DNA from: a virus
Lineage: Duplodnaviria; Caudoviricetes
Direction: 5' to 3' (one strand)
Length of the DNA: 45,153 nucleotides
Virus record (IMG/VR): IMGVR_UViG_3300032373_000030
Span: 1 to 45,153 of that record
Numbering within the stretch: the first letter of the stretch is position 1; every line of letters begins with the position of its first letter. Under the pieces are notes generated by a model. The model did not search any database. It had not been told where the DNA came from and saw only the letters and a list, made by a program, of their open reading frames with translations. Positions 17,305 through 25,081 of the stretch are shown piece after piece. Position numbers and translations under genes: made by a program.

Positions 17305-17435
17305 TAAGAGCGGGCCGACGTGGCTCGGGAAGCCACGCCGACCCGCAAGGTTGCCAGCGCCCCGCTGCGGCGCGCGGCTGATGAGGCCCGCGCCTGTGAA
17401 GAAAGAAGGGGGGAAGGACAGCGGGGCGCTGACGT
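17305..17435 (-). ncRNA. Structured intergenic RNA element (two hairpins plus a pyrimidine-rich internal loop)
   Basis: 13-bp perfect inverted repeat at 17355-17367/17419-17431. A 16-bp stem at 17310-17325/17331-17346 pairs fully only on the - strand, with two G-U pairs. Confidence 0.5.
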
Positions 17436-17460
17436 TCCTGTGTCCCAAACCGCCATCAGT

Positions 17461-17763
17461 CTACTCGTAGTCCGTTCGGTCGGGCTCGTTCGCCCGGACC
17501 TCGTCGTCGCACGTCACGCACTCGCCCGCGTACTCGCCGGGCTCGCCGCCGCACTCCGCGCACAACTCGTGGTACTCGCGGTGCGCGACCAGCAGCGCGT
17601 CGTCGAGCGCGTTCTTGTCGATGTCGTCGATCACGCCCATGGTGTTGAGCGCGCTTTCAGCCGCTGCGTGCAGCGCGATGATCTGCGCGGCGAGCGCCTG
17701 CACGGTCGGCGAGTCGTGGTCGCTGGCGAGGATCTCGCACGCGCGCTTGTCGTAGGTCGTCAT
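17461..17763 (-). CDS. Hypothetical protein with C-terminal zinc ribbon
   Basis: GGAGG RBS; CAECG..CVTC. Confidence 0.65.
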   Translation of the reverse strand: MTTYDKRACEILASDHDSPTVQALAAQIIALHAAAESALNTMGVIDDIDKNALDDALLVAHREYHELCAECGGEPGEYAGECVTCDDEVRANEPDRTDYE

Positions 17764-17799
17764 CGTTGGTCCTCCCTTCGGACACCCACAAGATCGGCT

Positions 17800-17880
17800 G
17801 GATCGGCCCGCGAGTCCAACACTTTTCGCGAAAACTTCGCGCGGGGCGCTGCCGCGAGTCGCTACAATCCGCGCAACCCC
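17800..17880. promoter_or_regulatory. Divergent control region with a palindromic operator-like site
   Basis: Perfect palindrome TTTTCGCGAAAA at 17823-17834, CGCGAGTC occurring twice, and a TACAAT -10-like box at 17863-17868. Confidence 0.5.
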
Positions 17881-17894
17881 TTACGGAGAACGTC

Positions 17895-18101
17895 ATGGCA
17901 TCCGCCAAGAACCCCGCCCTCAACGCCTACCTGGCCCAGATCCGCAAGCGCGTGCGCGAACTCGAGGCCGCGTGGAAGGTGATCGGGCAGCCCGTGGACT
18001 GGCGCGAGCGTTACGCCGCAGCCGCAGATGGCGGGCTCGCTGGCGACGTGGAGATGGCCGCGCTCGCCTTCCTGGCGTCGCAGCAGGGGACCGTCGAGTG
18101 A
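17895..18101 (+). CDS. Hypothetical protein (68 aa)
   Basis: GGAG RBS then MASAKNPAL; GTGA-coupled to the HTH gene. Confidence 0.6.
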   Translation: MASAKNPALNAYLAQIRKRVRELEAAWKVIGQPVDWRERYAAAADGGLAGDVEMAALAFLASQQGTVE

Positions 18102-18307
18102 CCGCCGCCTACTCACCCGACTCCCGCAAGCTGCGGCACCTCGGACGCCGCCTGCTCCGAACCACCAGCCTCACGCACGGCTGGCAGCGGCGCGTGGCCG
18201 AGCACCTCAGCGTGCCCGACTCGACGATCAGCGACATCCTCGCGGGCCGTCGCGGCATGTCTGCCGCCGTGCGCGACAAGGTGACGCTCGCGATCCGGCG
18301 GCTCTAG
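18098..18307 (+). CDS. XRE/Cro-type helix-turn-helix protein
   Basis: WQRRVAEHLSVPDSTISDILAGRRGMS fits the HTH_XRE pattern. Confidence 0.7.
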   Translation: MTAAYSPDSRKLRHLGRRLLRTTSLTHGWQRRVAEHLSVPDSTISDILAGRRGMSAAVRDKVTLAIRRL

Positions 18308-18495
18308 GCTGGGCCGCTGGTGGCGCGGTGCTTGCGCGGAGCCCGCAGCGCCGCCACCACGGTCTCGCGCGCGTACCGCTCCGGCAGCCCGTCCGGGCAC
18401 ACCACCACCATCCCGTCCTCGCGGATGTCGAGGATGCGGACGTTCGCGTTCCTGTCGTCGGTGCTCACGAGGTCGCCTACGCGGTGCTCGGTCAT
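18304..18495 (-). CDS. Small SH3/KOW-like hypothetical protein
   Basis: RVGDLV..VRILDI..GMVVV; ATGA-coupled. Confidence 0.5.
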   Translation of the reverse strand: MTEHRVGDLVSTDDRNANVRILDIREDGMVVVCPDGLPERYARETVVAALRAPRKHRATSGPA

Positions 18496-18926
18496 GGCGT
18501 CCACTCCGGCAGGTCCGCGTAGCCCCGCTCTGCGGCCTGCCGGCGGATCCGCGCGTACACCGCGCCCGTCCGGCCCGCCTCCCGCGTCTTGCCGTCCAGG
18601 CTGATCGCCGCCGTCACGTTCGCGCGGAGCGCCGCCGTCTGCTGCGCCTGCGGGATGCTGCCGCGCGACGGAATGGTGCTCACGCCGTGCCGCTCGCTCT
18701 CTGCGCGCGCCAGGTTCCGGGCGGCGAGGTTGATGGCTCCTGGACCCGGCGGGAATGTGTTGGTCCAAGAGCTAAGGACGTTGCCGGTGGCGGTGGCGAG
18801 CGCGGCGGGGTCGGCGTCCTGGAGGATGTCGTGCCATGCGTTGGCCATCTCCTCGGTGACGGTCATGGTGTGGAAGATGGCGGCGACTCTGCGCAGGGCG
18901 TCGGCGGTCTCGCGTTTACTGGCCAT
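18492..18926 (-). CDS. Replicative helicase loader/inhibitor-like protein (G39P / lambda P position)
   Basis: AWHDILQD....L..A...FPP.PGAI pattern; lies downstream of the initiator. Confidence 0.55.
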   Translation of the reverse strand: MASKRETADALRRVAAIFHTMTVTEEMANAWHDILQDADPAALATATGNVLSSWTNTFPPGPGAINLAARNLARAESERHGVSTIPSRGSIPQAQQTAALRANVTAAISLDGKTREAGRTGAVYARIRRQAAERGYADLPEWTP

Positions 18927-19200
18927 CGGTCCATCCCTCGCGCTCCAGGTGCGCGCGGATCTTGGCCAGCGCGGACTCGAACGAGCGCGCCTCGTCCGGC
19001 CCCGTGAACACGTCTCGGCTGTCCGTTGCCAGCACGGCGTCTCGCTCGTCGTCGGTCAGGCCCAGCCCCGGCGCGTCGGCCGGCGGCAGCGCGGCGGCGA
19101 TGGCCCATGCGACTCGCTGTGCCTTGTCAGCGTCGAGCCCGGCATGCTCCATCAGCGCGTGATACGCGGGCGTGTTCGCCCACAGTTTCTGCTCAGTCAT
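18916..19200 (-). CDS. Hypothetical protein
   Basis: GGAGG RBS then MTEQKLW. Confidence 0.55.
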   Translation of the reverse strand: MTEQKLWANTPAYHALMEHAGLDADKAQRVAWAIAAALPPADAPGLGLTDDERDAVLATDSRDVFTGPDEARSFESALAKIRAHLEREGWTDGQ

Positions 19201-20245
19201 CGGTCCCTCCTGTGTTTGCGAATCGGTCCAGTACGTCTCGGTTTCGGTCGGCGACGGTCGCGCGCCGGACTGGCCCGGCCGCCTTGCGCGCCAAGTGCTG
19301 CTCGACCATCTCGAACTTGTGGCGGCTCTTGTCGCGCGTCTTGGACGCCCACGACTGGCCGGAGCGCAGCACGTCGGCCCAGCAGAAGCCGCTCGAGTCG
19401 GGCTCGGGGTCGGCGAACACGCCGTCGATGGCGTCCCGGACTCGGACGGACGCGGCAAGCGTGCCGCCGCCGCCCTTCGCCAGCCGACGCACCAGCCGGC
19501 CGAAGCCCGTAGAACTCGCCGCCGTGACCTTCCCCGACTTATCCACGCCGGTATTGTGGAGAACCCGTACGAGGTGCTCCGCGAGCGGCTCGCCGTCCTC
19601 GTCGCGTGAGCGGCCGTCTGAGCCGTTCGGAGCGTCCTGGGTGCCAGCAGTCGGGGGTGGGTGCCCAAGGCCCGGAGACGGGCTCGTTGCCGTGCTCTCG
19701 TCGATCATGGTGCCTTCGCCATGCGGCCGACCGCCAGCGGCGGGCGGTGAGTCGCGCGAAGTGCGACCAGTAGTACCGATAGGTACTACATTCTGTGTCT
19801 GCGTATGAGTATGAGTCTGAGTGCTATCGCTTGCTACGGTCATGCTATGCGCTTGCTCTGGCCCGGCTATGGCATTGCTATCAGAGGCCGTAGCATTGCC
19901 ATCCCGCCATCGCCTGCGCGCGCCCTTCTCACCAGCGGCTACGCGGCGCGCGTGCGACTCCGCGATGCCCTGGAGCAGCCCGTCGATCTTGGCGTTCCGA
20001 CGCCTACCGTCAGGGCTCACGGGCAGTTTGCGCTCGACGGCCGCCCACAGACGCCCCCAGGCGTCGTCGTCCACATCGGCGATGGCCTGGAGTTCGGCCT
20101 CGTCGTCGGGCAGCGAGCCCTCTTCCCAGCACTCGATGAGCAGCAGCATGTACGCCCAGCGCAGCTCGTGAGTACGCAGTCGTCGGTAGGTCTTGCTGGC
20201 GAGGAAGTCCCGGTGCCACAGCTGAAACCACGGCCTGTCGGTCAT
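19193..20245 (-). CDS. Replication initiator, DUF1376/YdaU-like N-terminus
   Basis: PWFQLWHRDFLAS..AYMLLLIECW..GSLPDDEAELQAIA..AGEKGARRRW, followed by a low-complexity TQTHTHTQTQ linker. Confidence 0.75.
   Translation of the reverse strand: MTDRPWFQLWHRDFLASKTYRRLRTHELRWAYMLLLIECWEEGSLPDDEAELQAIADVDDDAWGRLWAAVERKLPVSPDGRRRNAKIDGLLQGIAESHARRVAAGEKGARRRWRDGNATASDSNAIAGPEQAHSMTVASDSTQTHTHTQTQNVVPIGTTGRTSRDSPPAAGGRPHGEGTMIDESTATSPSPGLGHPPPTAGTQDAPNGSDGRSRDEDGEPLAEHLVRVLHNTGVDKSGKVTAASSTGFGRLVRRLAKGGGGTLAASVRVRDAIDGVFADPEPDSSGFCWADVLRSGQSWASKTRDKSRHKFEMVEQHLARKAAGPVRRATVADRNRDVLDRFANTGGTDD
19770..19905. promoter_or_regulatory. Putative replication origin inside the initiator gene
   Basis: Locally AT-richer tract with repeated (tt)gcta(t)/gcattgc units and the inverted repeat gtagtacc-gata-ggtactac (19770-19789). 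Lambdoid origins sit in this position. Confidence 0.5.
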
Positions 20246-20247
20246 GG

Positions 20248-20556
20248 CTACGTCATCCGCCACGCGCATGTGTGCGGCTTGCCCCCGCGCCCGTTCGTCA
20301 TCAAGCCCGCCTCGTTCAGCTTGCGGCGCGTCAGGCGGATGAACCGTTGCATGTGGATCGGCCGCGTCAGCCCCGAGCCGGGCATCGTCAGCACGCCGCC
20401 ACCGGCCCGCGCGGACGCGCACCTGGCGACCTCGAGCACGTCGAGGTACGGCACCGGCTTGCCCTTGTGCAACTCGTCGATGATCGCCTCAAGCGCGGCA
20501 AGCTCGTCGGCGGATTGCTCGCGCCGCGCGCGTGGGTTCGGTCGTTCGCCTGTCAT
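20248..20556 (-). CDS. Hypothetical protein, possibly winged-helix
   Basis: ATGA-coupled ORF filling the gap. Confidence 0.5.
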   Translation of the reverse strand: MTGERPNPRARREQSADELAALEAIIDELHKGKPVPYLDVLEVARCASARAGGGVLTMPGSGLTRPIHMQRFIRLTRRKLNEAGLMTNGRGGKPHTCAWRMT

Positions 20557-21062
20557 GGGTCGCTCCGTGGTGGATGCGTGCCCGAGTCCCAATCCATCGG
20601 CCAGCACTGGCGGATGGTGACGGGCGCTGATTCGTGGTCGAGGCCGAGCACGCCGCCTTGCGGCTCGACAGTGAAGACGGCTGGTGGTGCCGACGCGTGG
20701 CCGAGGGCCCATGCCTGGCCGTTGACGGTGCTGCGCCATGTGCCGCGTGCCTCGCCGGGCACGATGAAGTCCCACGCAGCCAAGTAGGTGCCGTCGCTGC
20801 TGGCCTTGTGGCCGGCGGGCAGGAAGTCTCGAGCGGTGTACCAGCTACGACCGTGGCGTTCCTCGTGGCGCACCAGTGCGCGCAGGAACGCAGCCATCTG
20901 CCGCGAGAGCGGCCGGCGGCGGACCTGCTGGTGCACGTTGCACACGGGGCATATGTGGCCGTCACCCACGAGCTGGAGGTGAGCACGGTGAACGCGACGC
21001 GCAAGCGCGACGGGACCCAACCCAAGCGGGTCGCTGTCGGCGCCGAACATGGACTGTTGCAC
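20553..21062 (-). CDS. Hypothetical protein with CPVC and a possible winged helix
   Basis: TAGTG coupling to the resolvase stop, with GGAGG upstream. Confidence 0.55.
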   Translation of the reverse strand: MQQSMFGADSDPLGLGPVALARRVHRAHLQLVGDGHICPVCNVHQQVRRRPLSRQMAAFLRALVRHEERHGRSWYTARDFLPAGHKASSDGTYLAAWDFIVPGEARGTWRSTVNGQAWALGHASAPPAVFTVEPQGGVLGLDHESAPVTIRQCWPMDWDSGTHPPRSDP

Positions 21063-21571
21063 TACCCGCCCTCCAGCCAGCGGCGGCCGTGCTCGGCGAG
21101 CCACAGCGCGTCGGCCTCGTTGTCGTCGAAGTCGTCCGGCGGCAGGTCGCCGTCGTGGATGGCGTTCATCCACTGTCGCCAAGCCGTACGCCGCATGTCG
21201 TACTTGCTCGCGTTGCCCTTGCCCGTCGCCAGCCGCTTGACGTCCGCCACCGCCACGTCGCGCGCCTCGACGCCCTCGCGCTCGTCCACGAGCATCAACA
21301 TGGTGTCGCGCAGCGCGCCGTAGACGTGCGCCGCCTTCGTGCCCTCGTGCCGGCGCACGATCTCGTACGACACCAACGAGCGCGGGTACGCAGCCAGCAG
21401 CGTCAGCAGGTTGCGCCGCAGACGGACGAGCCGCATACCCGCAGACTCGTCCGCCCGAACGCGCAAGTCCCAGGTGCCGCTATCCATGCGCGAGCCGTCA
21501 CGCGCGAGCACCGCCCAGCCGCAATGCGTGCCCAGGTCGAGGCCGATGTGATGGTCGATGTCGTGCGTCAT
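21062..21571 (-). CDS. RuvC-like Holliday junction resolvase
   Basis: IGLDLGTHCGWA, YE, VK..ATGKGNASK and DNEADAL acidic motifs. Confidence 0.85.
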   Translation of the reverse strand: MTHDIDHHIGLDLGTHCGWAVLARDGSRMDSGTWDLRVRADESAGMRLVRLRRNLLTLLAAYPRSLVSYEIVRRHEGTKAAHVYGALRDTMLMLVDEREGVEARDVAVADVKRLATGKGNASKYDMRRTAWRQWMNAIHDGDLPPDDFDDNEADALWLAEHGRRWLEGG

Positions 21572-22248
21572 CGCTCACCATTCCTGCAAGCGCCCGCGTC
21601 GATGATTCGCGGGTACTCGGTGCAGCCGAGCTTGACGCACTCGTCGTGCGCTGCCTGTAGGTCCGCGAGGAAGCGCTCGAGAGCCTCGCTGATCTTGACG
21701 ATGACTGCGTCGTCACGCGGCGTGCGGCGCTCTGAGGCTGGCATATCCGGGTGGAATGACAACTCGTCCCACCAATCGCGCTCACAGACCATGATGCACG
21801 TCTGCACCTGGAGTCGGTACTCGGCGCCGATGCCCTCGCGCATAGATCGCAGGTTCTCGACGTGCTTCTTTCCGTCCGGGCACTTGATCTCGAGCCCGCC
21901 GTCTTCGTCGACGAGGCTGTCCGGGCTGCACCCGACCTTGCCGTCGTCGCGCATGACGAAGCCGACCTCTTGAACGTCTACACGGTGGGTAAATGCGTAG
22001 TGTGCGCGGGCCGTCGGCTCCAGATCGTTCCCTCGGTGCATGAAGTACGTTAACGGGCCGTCTTCGCCGCTCGCCGGCTCGGTGAATCGCTCGGCCAGCA
22101 GCTCGTCGATGTACGCCTGAGCCTGTGAACTGTAGGCGAGTTTCGCGGGCGTGATGATGCGCTTCATGCCCGAGGCCGTGACGATGCCGCGTCGGATCTC
22201 GTGCCACTCGGGCGAGCCCTGCTGCATCGTGTAGATGCGCGGAGTCAT
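21568..22248 (-). CDS. YqaJ-like (lambda Exo family) exonuclease
   Basis: QGSPEWH..R.G.VTAS, G..LEP.AR, GCSPD..V....GLEIKCP, Y..QVQ. Confidence 0.9.
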   Translation of the reverse strand: MTPRIYTMQQGSPEWHEIRRGIVTASGMKRIITPAKLAYSSQAQAYIDELLAERFTEPASGEDGPLTYFMHRGNDLEPTARAHYAFTHRVDVQEVGFVMRDDGKVGCSPDSLVDEDGGLEIKCPDGKKHVENLRSMREGIGAEYRLQVQTCIMVCERDWWDELSFHPDMPASERRTPRDDAVIVKISEALERFLADLQAAHDECVKLGCTEYPRIIDAGACRNGER

Positions 22249-23009
22249 TCTGCGCCGCCCTTCGTGCGCTCCTGCGCTTCGAGCGCGAGGATCGCCTTGC
22301 GGTAGTTCGCTTGCGTGATGTCGTCGAGCCGCTCCACGCCGAGGAACGTCAGGAACCGGCGTTCGTCGTCGGCCGAGCAGCAGGCGTTGACACGGTTTGT
22401 CAGCTCGCCGAGTTGCTCGTCGGTCACGGGCTTACCGTCGTCGCCGTTGTCGACCCCATCATTGTCGGGCTCGCCCACGCTGATACCGAGCGCCGACGTG
22501 AGCGAGTACCGCTTGGCGTACGAAAGCGCCGACGCCATCTTCTGCTGATCGCTCATCGCTGGGGCGCCAGCCTTGAACGGCACCGAAAACGTGCTCGTCT
22601 CGCCGTGCCCCGCACTGTGCCGCACGTTGCACGTAACGTTCACGAAGTCGCCGTCGTGGGTGCTGTCCCACGCATACGTCAACTCGTGCTTTCGCAGCAG
22701 CGGGCGGATGAATCGCACGATGTCGTCGAGGCTCGCGAAGTTGTACATGTGTGCGCCGCGCTTGTCGTGTACCGGCCGCGTCTTGGGCACCGTGTCGACC
22801 GCTGACTGGAAGTCGGCCAACGCCACCAGGAACGCCTTGCGCGCCTCGTTGGCTTCGTACCGCTCCTGGAGGTCCATGAGCCGCTCCATGACGGCGACGT
22901 CCAGATCGCCCGTCACGATGGCCTGCTGCATGAGCGTGTAGGGGTTGGCGGGTGCGGCGACCTGCGCCACCTCGGGCACGGTCACGGCTTCGGTGGTTTC
23001 GTCAGGCAT
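22245..23009 (-). CDS. erf: ERF-family single-strand annealing protein
   Basis: YNFASLDDI, H..GH.E and Q..ASALSYAKRYSL..ALGI..GE.DND. Confidence 0.85.
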   Translation of the reverse strand: MPDETTEAVTVPEVAQVAAPANPYTLMQQAIVTGDLDVAVMERLMDLQERYEANEARKAFLVALADFQSAVDTVPKTRPVHDKRGAHMYNFASLDDIVRFIRPLLRKHELTYAWDSTHDGDFVNVTCNVRHSAGHGETSTFSVPFKAGAPAMSDQQKMASALSYAKRYSLTSALGISVGEPDNDGVDNGDDGKPVTDEQLGELTNRVNACCSADDERRFLTFLGVERLDDITQANYRKAILALEAQERTKGGAE

Positions 23010-23244
23010 CGGAATCTCCTTCCGGGGTGGGTTCGTCGTGGAACTCGCAGTAGTCGACCCAATCGTCGCTGTCGCGGCTGGATGTGAGAGCGACCGTGCA
23101 GCCGTGGCTATCGACGAGAAAACGCCGCAGCGCGTCCATGGTCCCCGGATCGCCGGAGTAGAACGACGACATAGTGGGCCAGCCTTGACCGATCCACACC
23201 GATGTGCGGCGGGCGCGGCAGATGAGGTGCCACGTGGTGCTCAT
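23002..23244 (-). CDS. Hypothetical protein
   Basis: ATGA-coupled ORF beginning MSTTWHLIC. Confidence 0.55.
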   Translation of the reverse strand: MSTTWHLICRARRTSVWIGQGWPTMSSFYSGDPGTMDALRRFLVDSHGCTVALTSSRDSDDWVDYCEFHDEPTPEGDSDA

Positions 23245-23651
23245 GGCGCGTCGCCTTCGGTGGGTTCGGGGTCGCCCCAGCGGACGGAGCCGTCGGCGGT
23301 GACGGCCGGGCAGTCGTCTCGGTGCGGCCACTTCCCGGTCAGCAGCGGACGCGGATCGGTGCCGCACCACGGGCAGGTCTGCGATGGCGCGTGCTTGCCC
23401 TCAACAGTGACGCCGCGCCGCGCGCCTGCCTCAATCAGCCGCCCGCGCCGCGCGACCTCGGCCTCAATCTCGGCGATGCGGGCGGCGGCCGTGGACTCAC
23501 ACACGATGGTGCGGTGACTCTCGGCGCAAGTGCAGCAGATCACGGAAAGCGATCCCACGCGCGGCAGCTCCGCGCCACTGTACTCAAGGCCCGCGTCGTA
23601 GAACGTCTTCGCGTTGCATAGATCGCATAGGCGGTAGTCAGCATATGCCAT
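23241..23651 (-). CDS. Double zinc-finger protein, first gene of the leftward arm
   Basis: GGAGG RBS; CDLC..CCTC, coiled coil, then CPWC..HRDDCPA..VRWGDP. Confidence 0.65.
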   Translation of the reverse strand: MAYADYRLCDLCNAKTFYDAGLEYSGAELPRVGSLSVICCTCAESHRTIVCESTAAARIAEIEAEVARRGRLIEAGARRGVTVEGKHAPSQTCPWCGTDPRPLLTGKWPHRDDCPAVTADGSVRWGDPEPTEGDAP

Positions 23652-23654
23652 GGC

Positions 23655-23741
23655 GTCCTCCCTCGGGGTATCTATCCGATGGTATCGGGTGGAATCGCCC
23701 GATGCAATAGGGCACAATCCGAGAAACCCCGAGGGCAACCG
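23655..23741. promoter_or_regulatory. Central divergent control region between the two genome arms
   Basis: ACCCCGAGGG precedes both divergent starts (23660-23669 and 23726-23735, inverted), with nested CCGAT/ATCGG inverted repeats between them. Confidence 0.55.
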
Positions 23742-23951
23742 ATGACCACCACCGACCACGACCTCGTCAATCAGCGCACCCAGCGCCCCAAGGTCGCCGG
23801 CGGCCGACTCGACTGCACCGTCCGCGAATGGCACGTCGACCTCGTCGACCGCTGGGCCGCTCACATCGGCGAGCCCGGCAACCGATCAGCCGGTCTGCGC
23901 GCGATCCTCGAGCGCGTCGGGGAACCACCCGAGCGGAGGAGTGAAGCGTGA
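23742..23951 (+). CDS. Ribbon-helix-helix (Arc/CopG-like) regulator
   Basis: RLDCTV strand, helix VDLVDRWA, then NRSAGLRAILE. Confidence 0.55.
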   Translation: MTTTDHDLVNQRTQRPKVAGGRLDCTVREWHVDLVDRWAAHIGEPGNRSAGLRAILERVGEPPERRSEA

Positions 23952-24142
23952 ACATGGATCAGGCCGAGACGCTTGTCGACAGGGCCGCGGACGCCGTGGT
24001 GCGCGGTTTGCGCGAAATCGGCGCAGGGGACGCAACCGTCATCAACACCGGCCCTGTTGAGGAACTGTGCAAGAGCCTCGATGGTATCGCGAACGCCTTG
24101 CAGGCGATTGCCGACGCCATCAACCAGAGGCCCGAGCCATGA
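23948..24142 (+). CDS. Hypothetical protein
   Basis: GGAGGAG RBS; coupled ORF. Confidence 0.6.
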   Translation: MNMDQAETLVDRAADAVVRGLREIGAGDATVINTGPVEELCKSLDGIANALQAIADAINQRPEP

Positions 24143-24210
24143 CCGCTTACTGCTTCGCCTGCCCGGCCTGCGGCGTGCCCGTCGCCAGCCCCGGCGCCCT
24201 GTGCCGGTGA
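24139..24210 (+). CDS. 23-aa zinc-ribbon microprotein, possibly truncated (MTAYCFACPACGVPVASPGALCR)
   Basis: ATGA-coupled. The TGA falls inside an apparent second CxxC (C-R-stop-C). Confidence 0.4.
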   Translation: MTAYCFACPACGVPVASPGALCR

Positions 24211-24214
24211 TGTC

Positions 24215-24433
24215 ATGACCGACCCGCGCTGCCCAGCCTGCGGGTCCGCCATGCAGCGCCTCGACGGCGGCCCCAACCGCAAGGGCTGGTGGTGCTACCC
24301 TTGCCCCGAACGGGAGGCCATCCAAGCGGAAACTGGAGGCGGTCGCTCACGCGAGACCCGGGACAGCGCTCCCGCCTCGCCGCCGCCTGTCCCCAGACTG
24401 ACCGCCGATGCTGAGAAGTCAATCGGGCACTGA
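24215..24433 (+). CDS. Zinc-ribbon protein
   Basis: CPACG..M......GWWCYPC. Confidence 0.55.
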   Translation: MTDPRCPACGSAMQRLDGGPNRKGWWCYPCPEREAIQAETGGGRSRETRDSAPASPPPVPRLTADAEKSIGH

Positions 24434-24470
24434 ACACTGCTGACACCTGCTGCCATATGGAGCAAGCCAT

Positions 24471-24782
24471 ATGTCTGATAATCAAGAGAGACCTATCAAG
24501 AAAGGGCGTGGCGGGCCGCGAGCCGGCGCCGGGCGCCCGAAGGGGTCCAAGAACAAGATCCCCAAGCTGGTCCACGAGATGATCCTGGAGGCGCTCGAGG
24601 GCGTCGGCGGGGTGGACTACTTCAAGCGCCAGGCCCGCGACGAGCCGCGCGCATTCATGGCGCTGGTGTCCAAGATCATCCCGCGTAACGTGGAAGTCGA
24701 CCTCGGCGGCAAGCTGACGCTGGAGGCGATCTTGACGCGCTCGTACGATCTGCCGGACAAGGAGAGCAAAGGGGGCAAGTGA
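24471..24782 (+). CDS. terS: Terminase small subunit-like protein
   Basis: GG.R.GAGRPKGSKNK..ILEALE..GG..Y....A...P.AF..L..KI.P pattern; upstream of TerL. Confidence 0.65.
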   Translation: MSDNQERPIKKGRGGPRAGAGRPKGSKNKIPKLVHEMILEALEGVGGVDYFKRQARDEPRAFMALVSKIIPRNVEVDLGGKLTLEAILTRSYDLPDKESKGGK

Positions 24783-25081
24783 TGGGGATTTTCGGGTCGA
24801 CCGAGATGGCCGATGATTTGGGCGAGCGGTGCGCGGCGCTGCAAGCGCGTGTGTGGGAACTTGAGGTCGAGATGCAGCGCCGAGGCATTCTTATCGAGGA
24901 GTCGTGTGTGCTCGACGGGGCCGGCCTCGTGTGCCGGCATTGTGGCGCGGACATCGAGGCGGAAGGCGAGTACGACGGCGCTCTGGCGCGAGTGGAGCAT
25001 GCGCTGCACAGGCCGCAATGCGAGGCGTTCGAGAATGGCAAACTGCGCTGGGGTGACCCGGAGGGCAAGGGCGATGGATGA
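24779..25081 (+). CDS. Coiled coil plus CxxC..HxxxC protein
   Basis: RRGILIE..CRHCG..HRPQCEAF..LRWGDP; paralogous to the C-terminal half of 23241-23651. Confidence 0.6.
   Translation: MMGIFGSTEMADDLGERCAALQARVWELEVEMQRRGILIEESCVLDGAGLVCRHCGADIEAEGEYDGALARVEHALHRPQCEAFENGKLRWGDPEGKGDG

Noticed and set aside
17378-17405. Hammerhead ribozyme suggested by CTGATGAG...GAAA
   Set aside because: No stem II can form between CUGAUGAG and GAAA, and the neighbouring G-U pattern favours the opposite strand.
24208-24210. Selenocysteine or alternative genetic code
   Set aside because: TGA terminates many well-supported genes with coupled starts, and I saw no tRNA or SECIS-like support.
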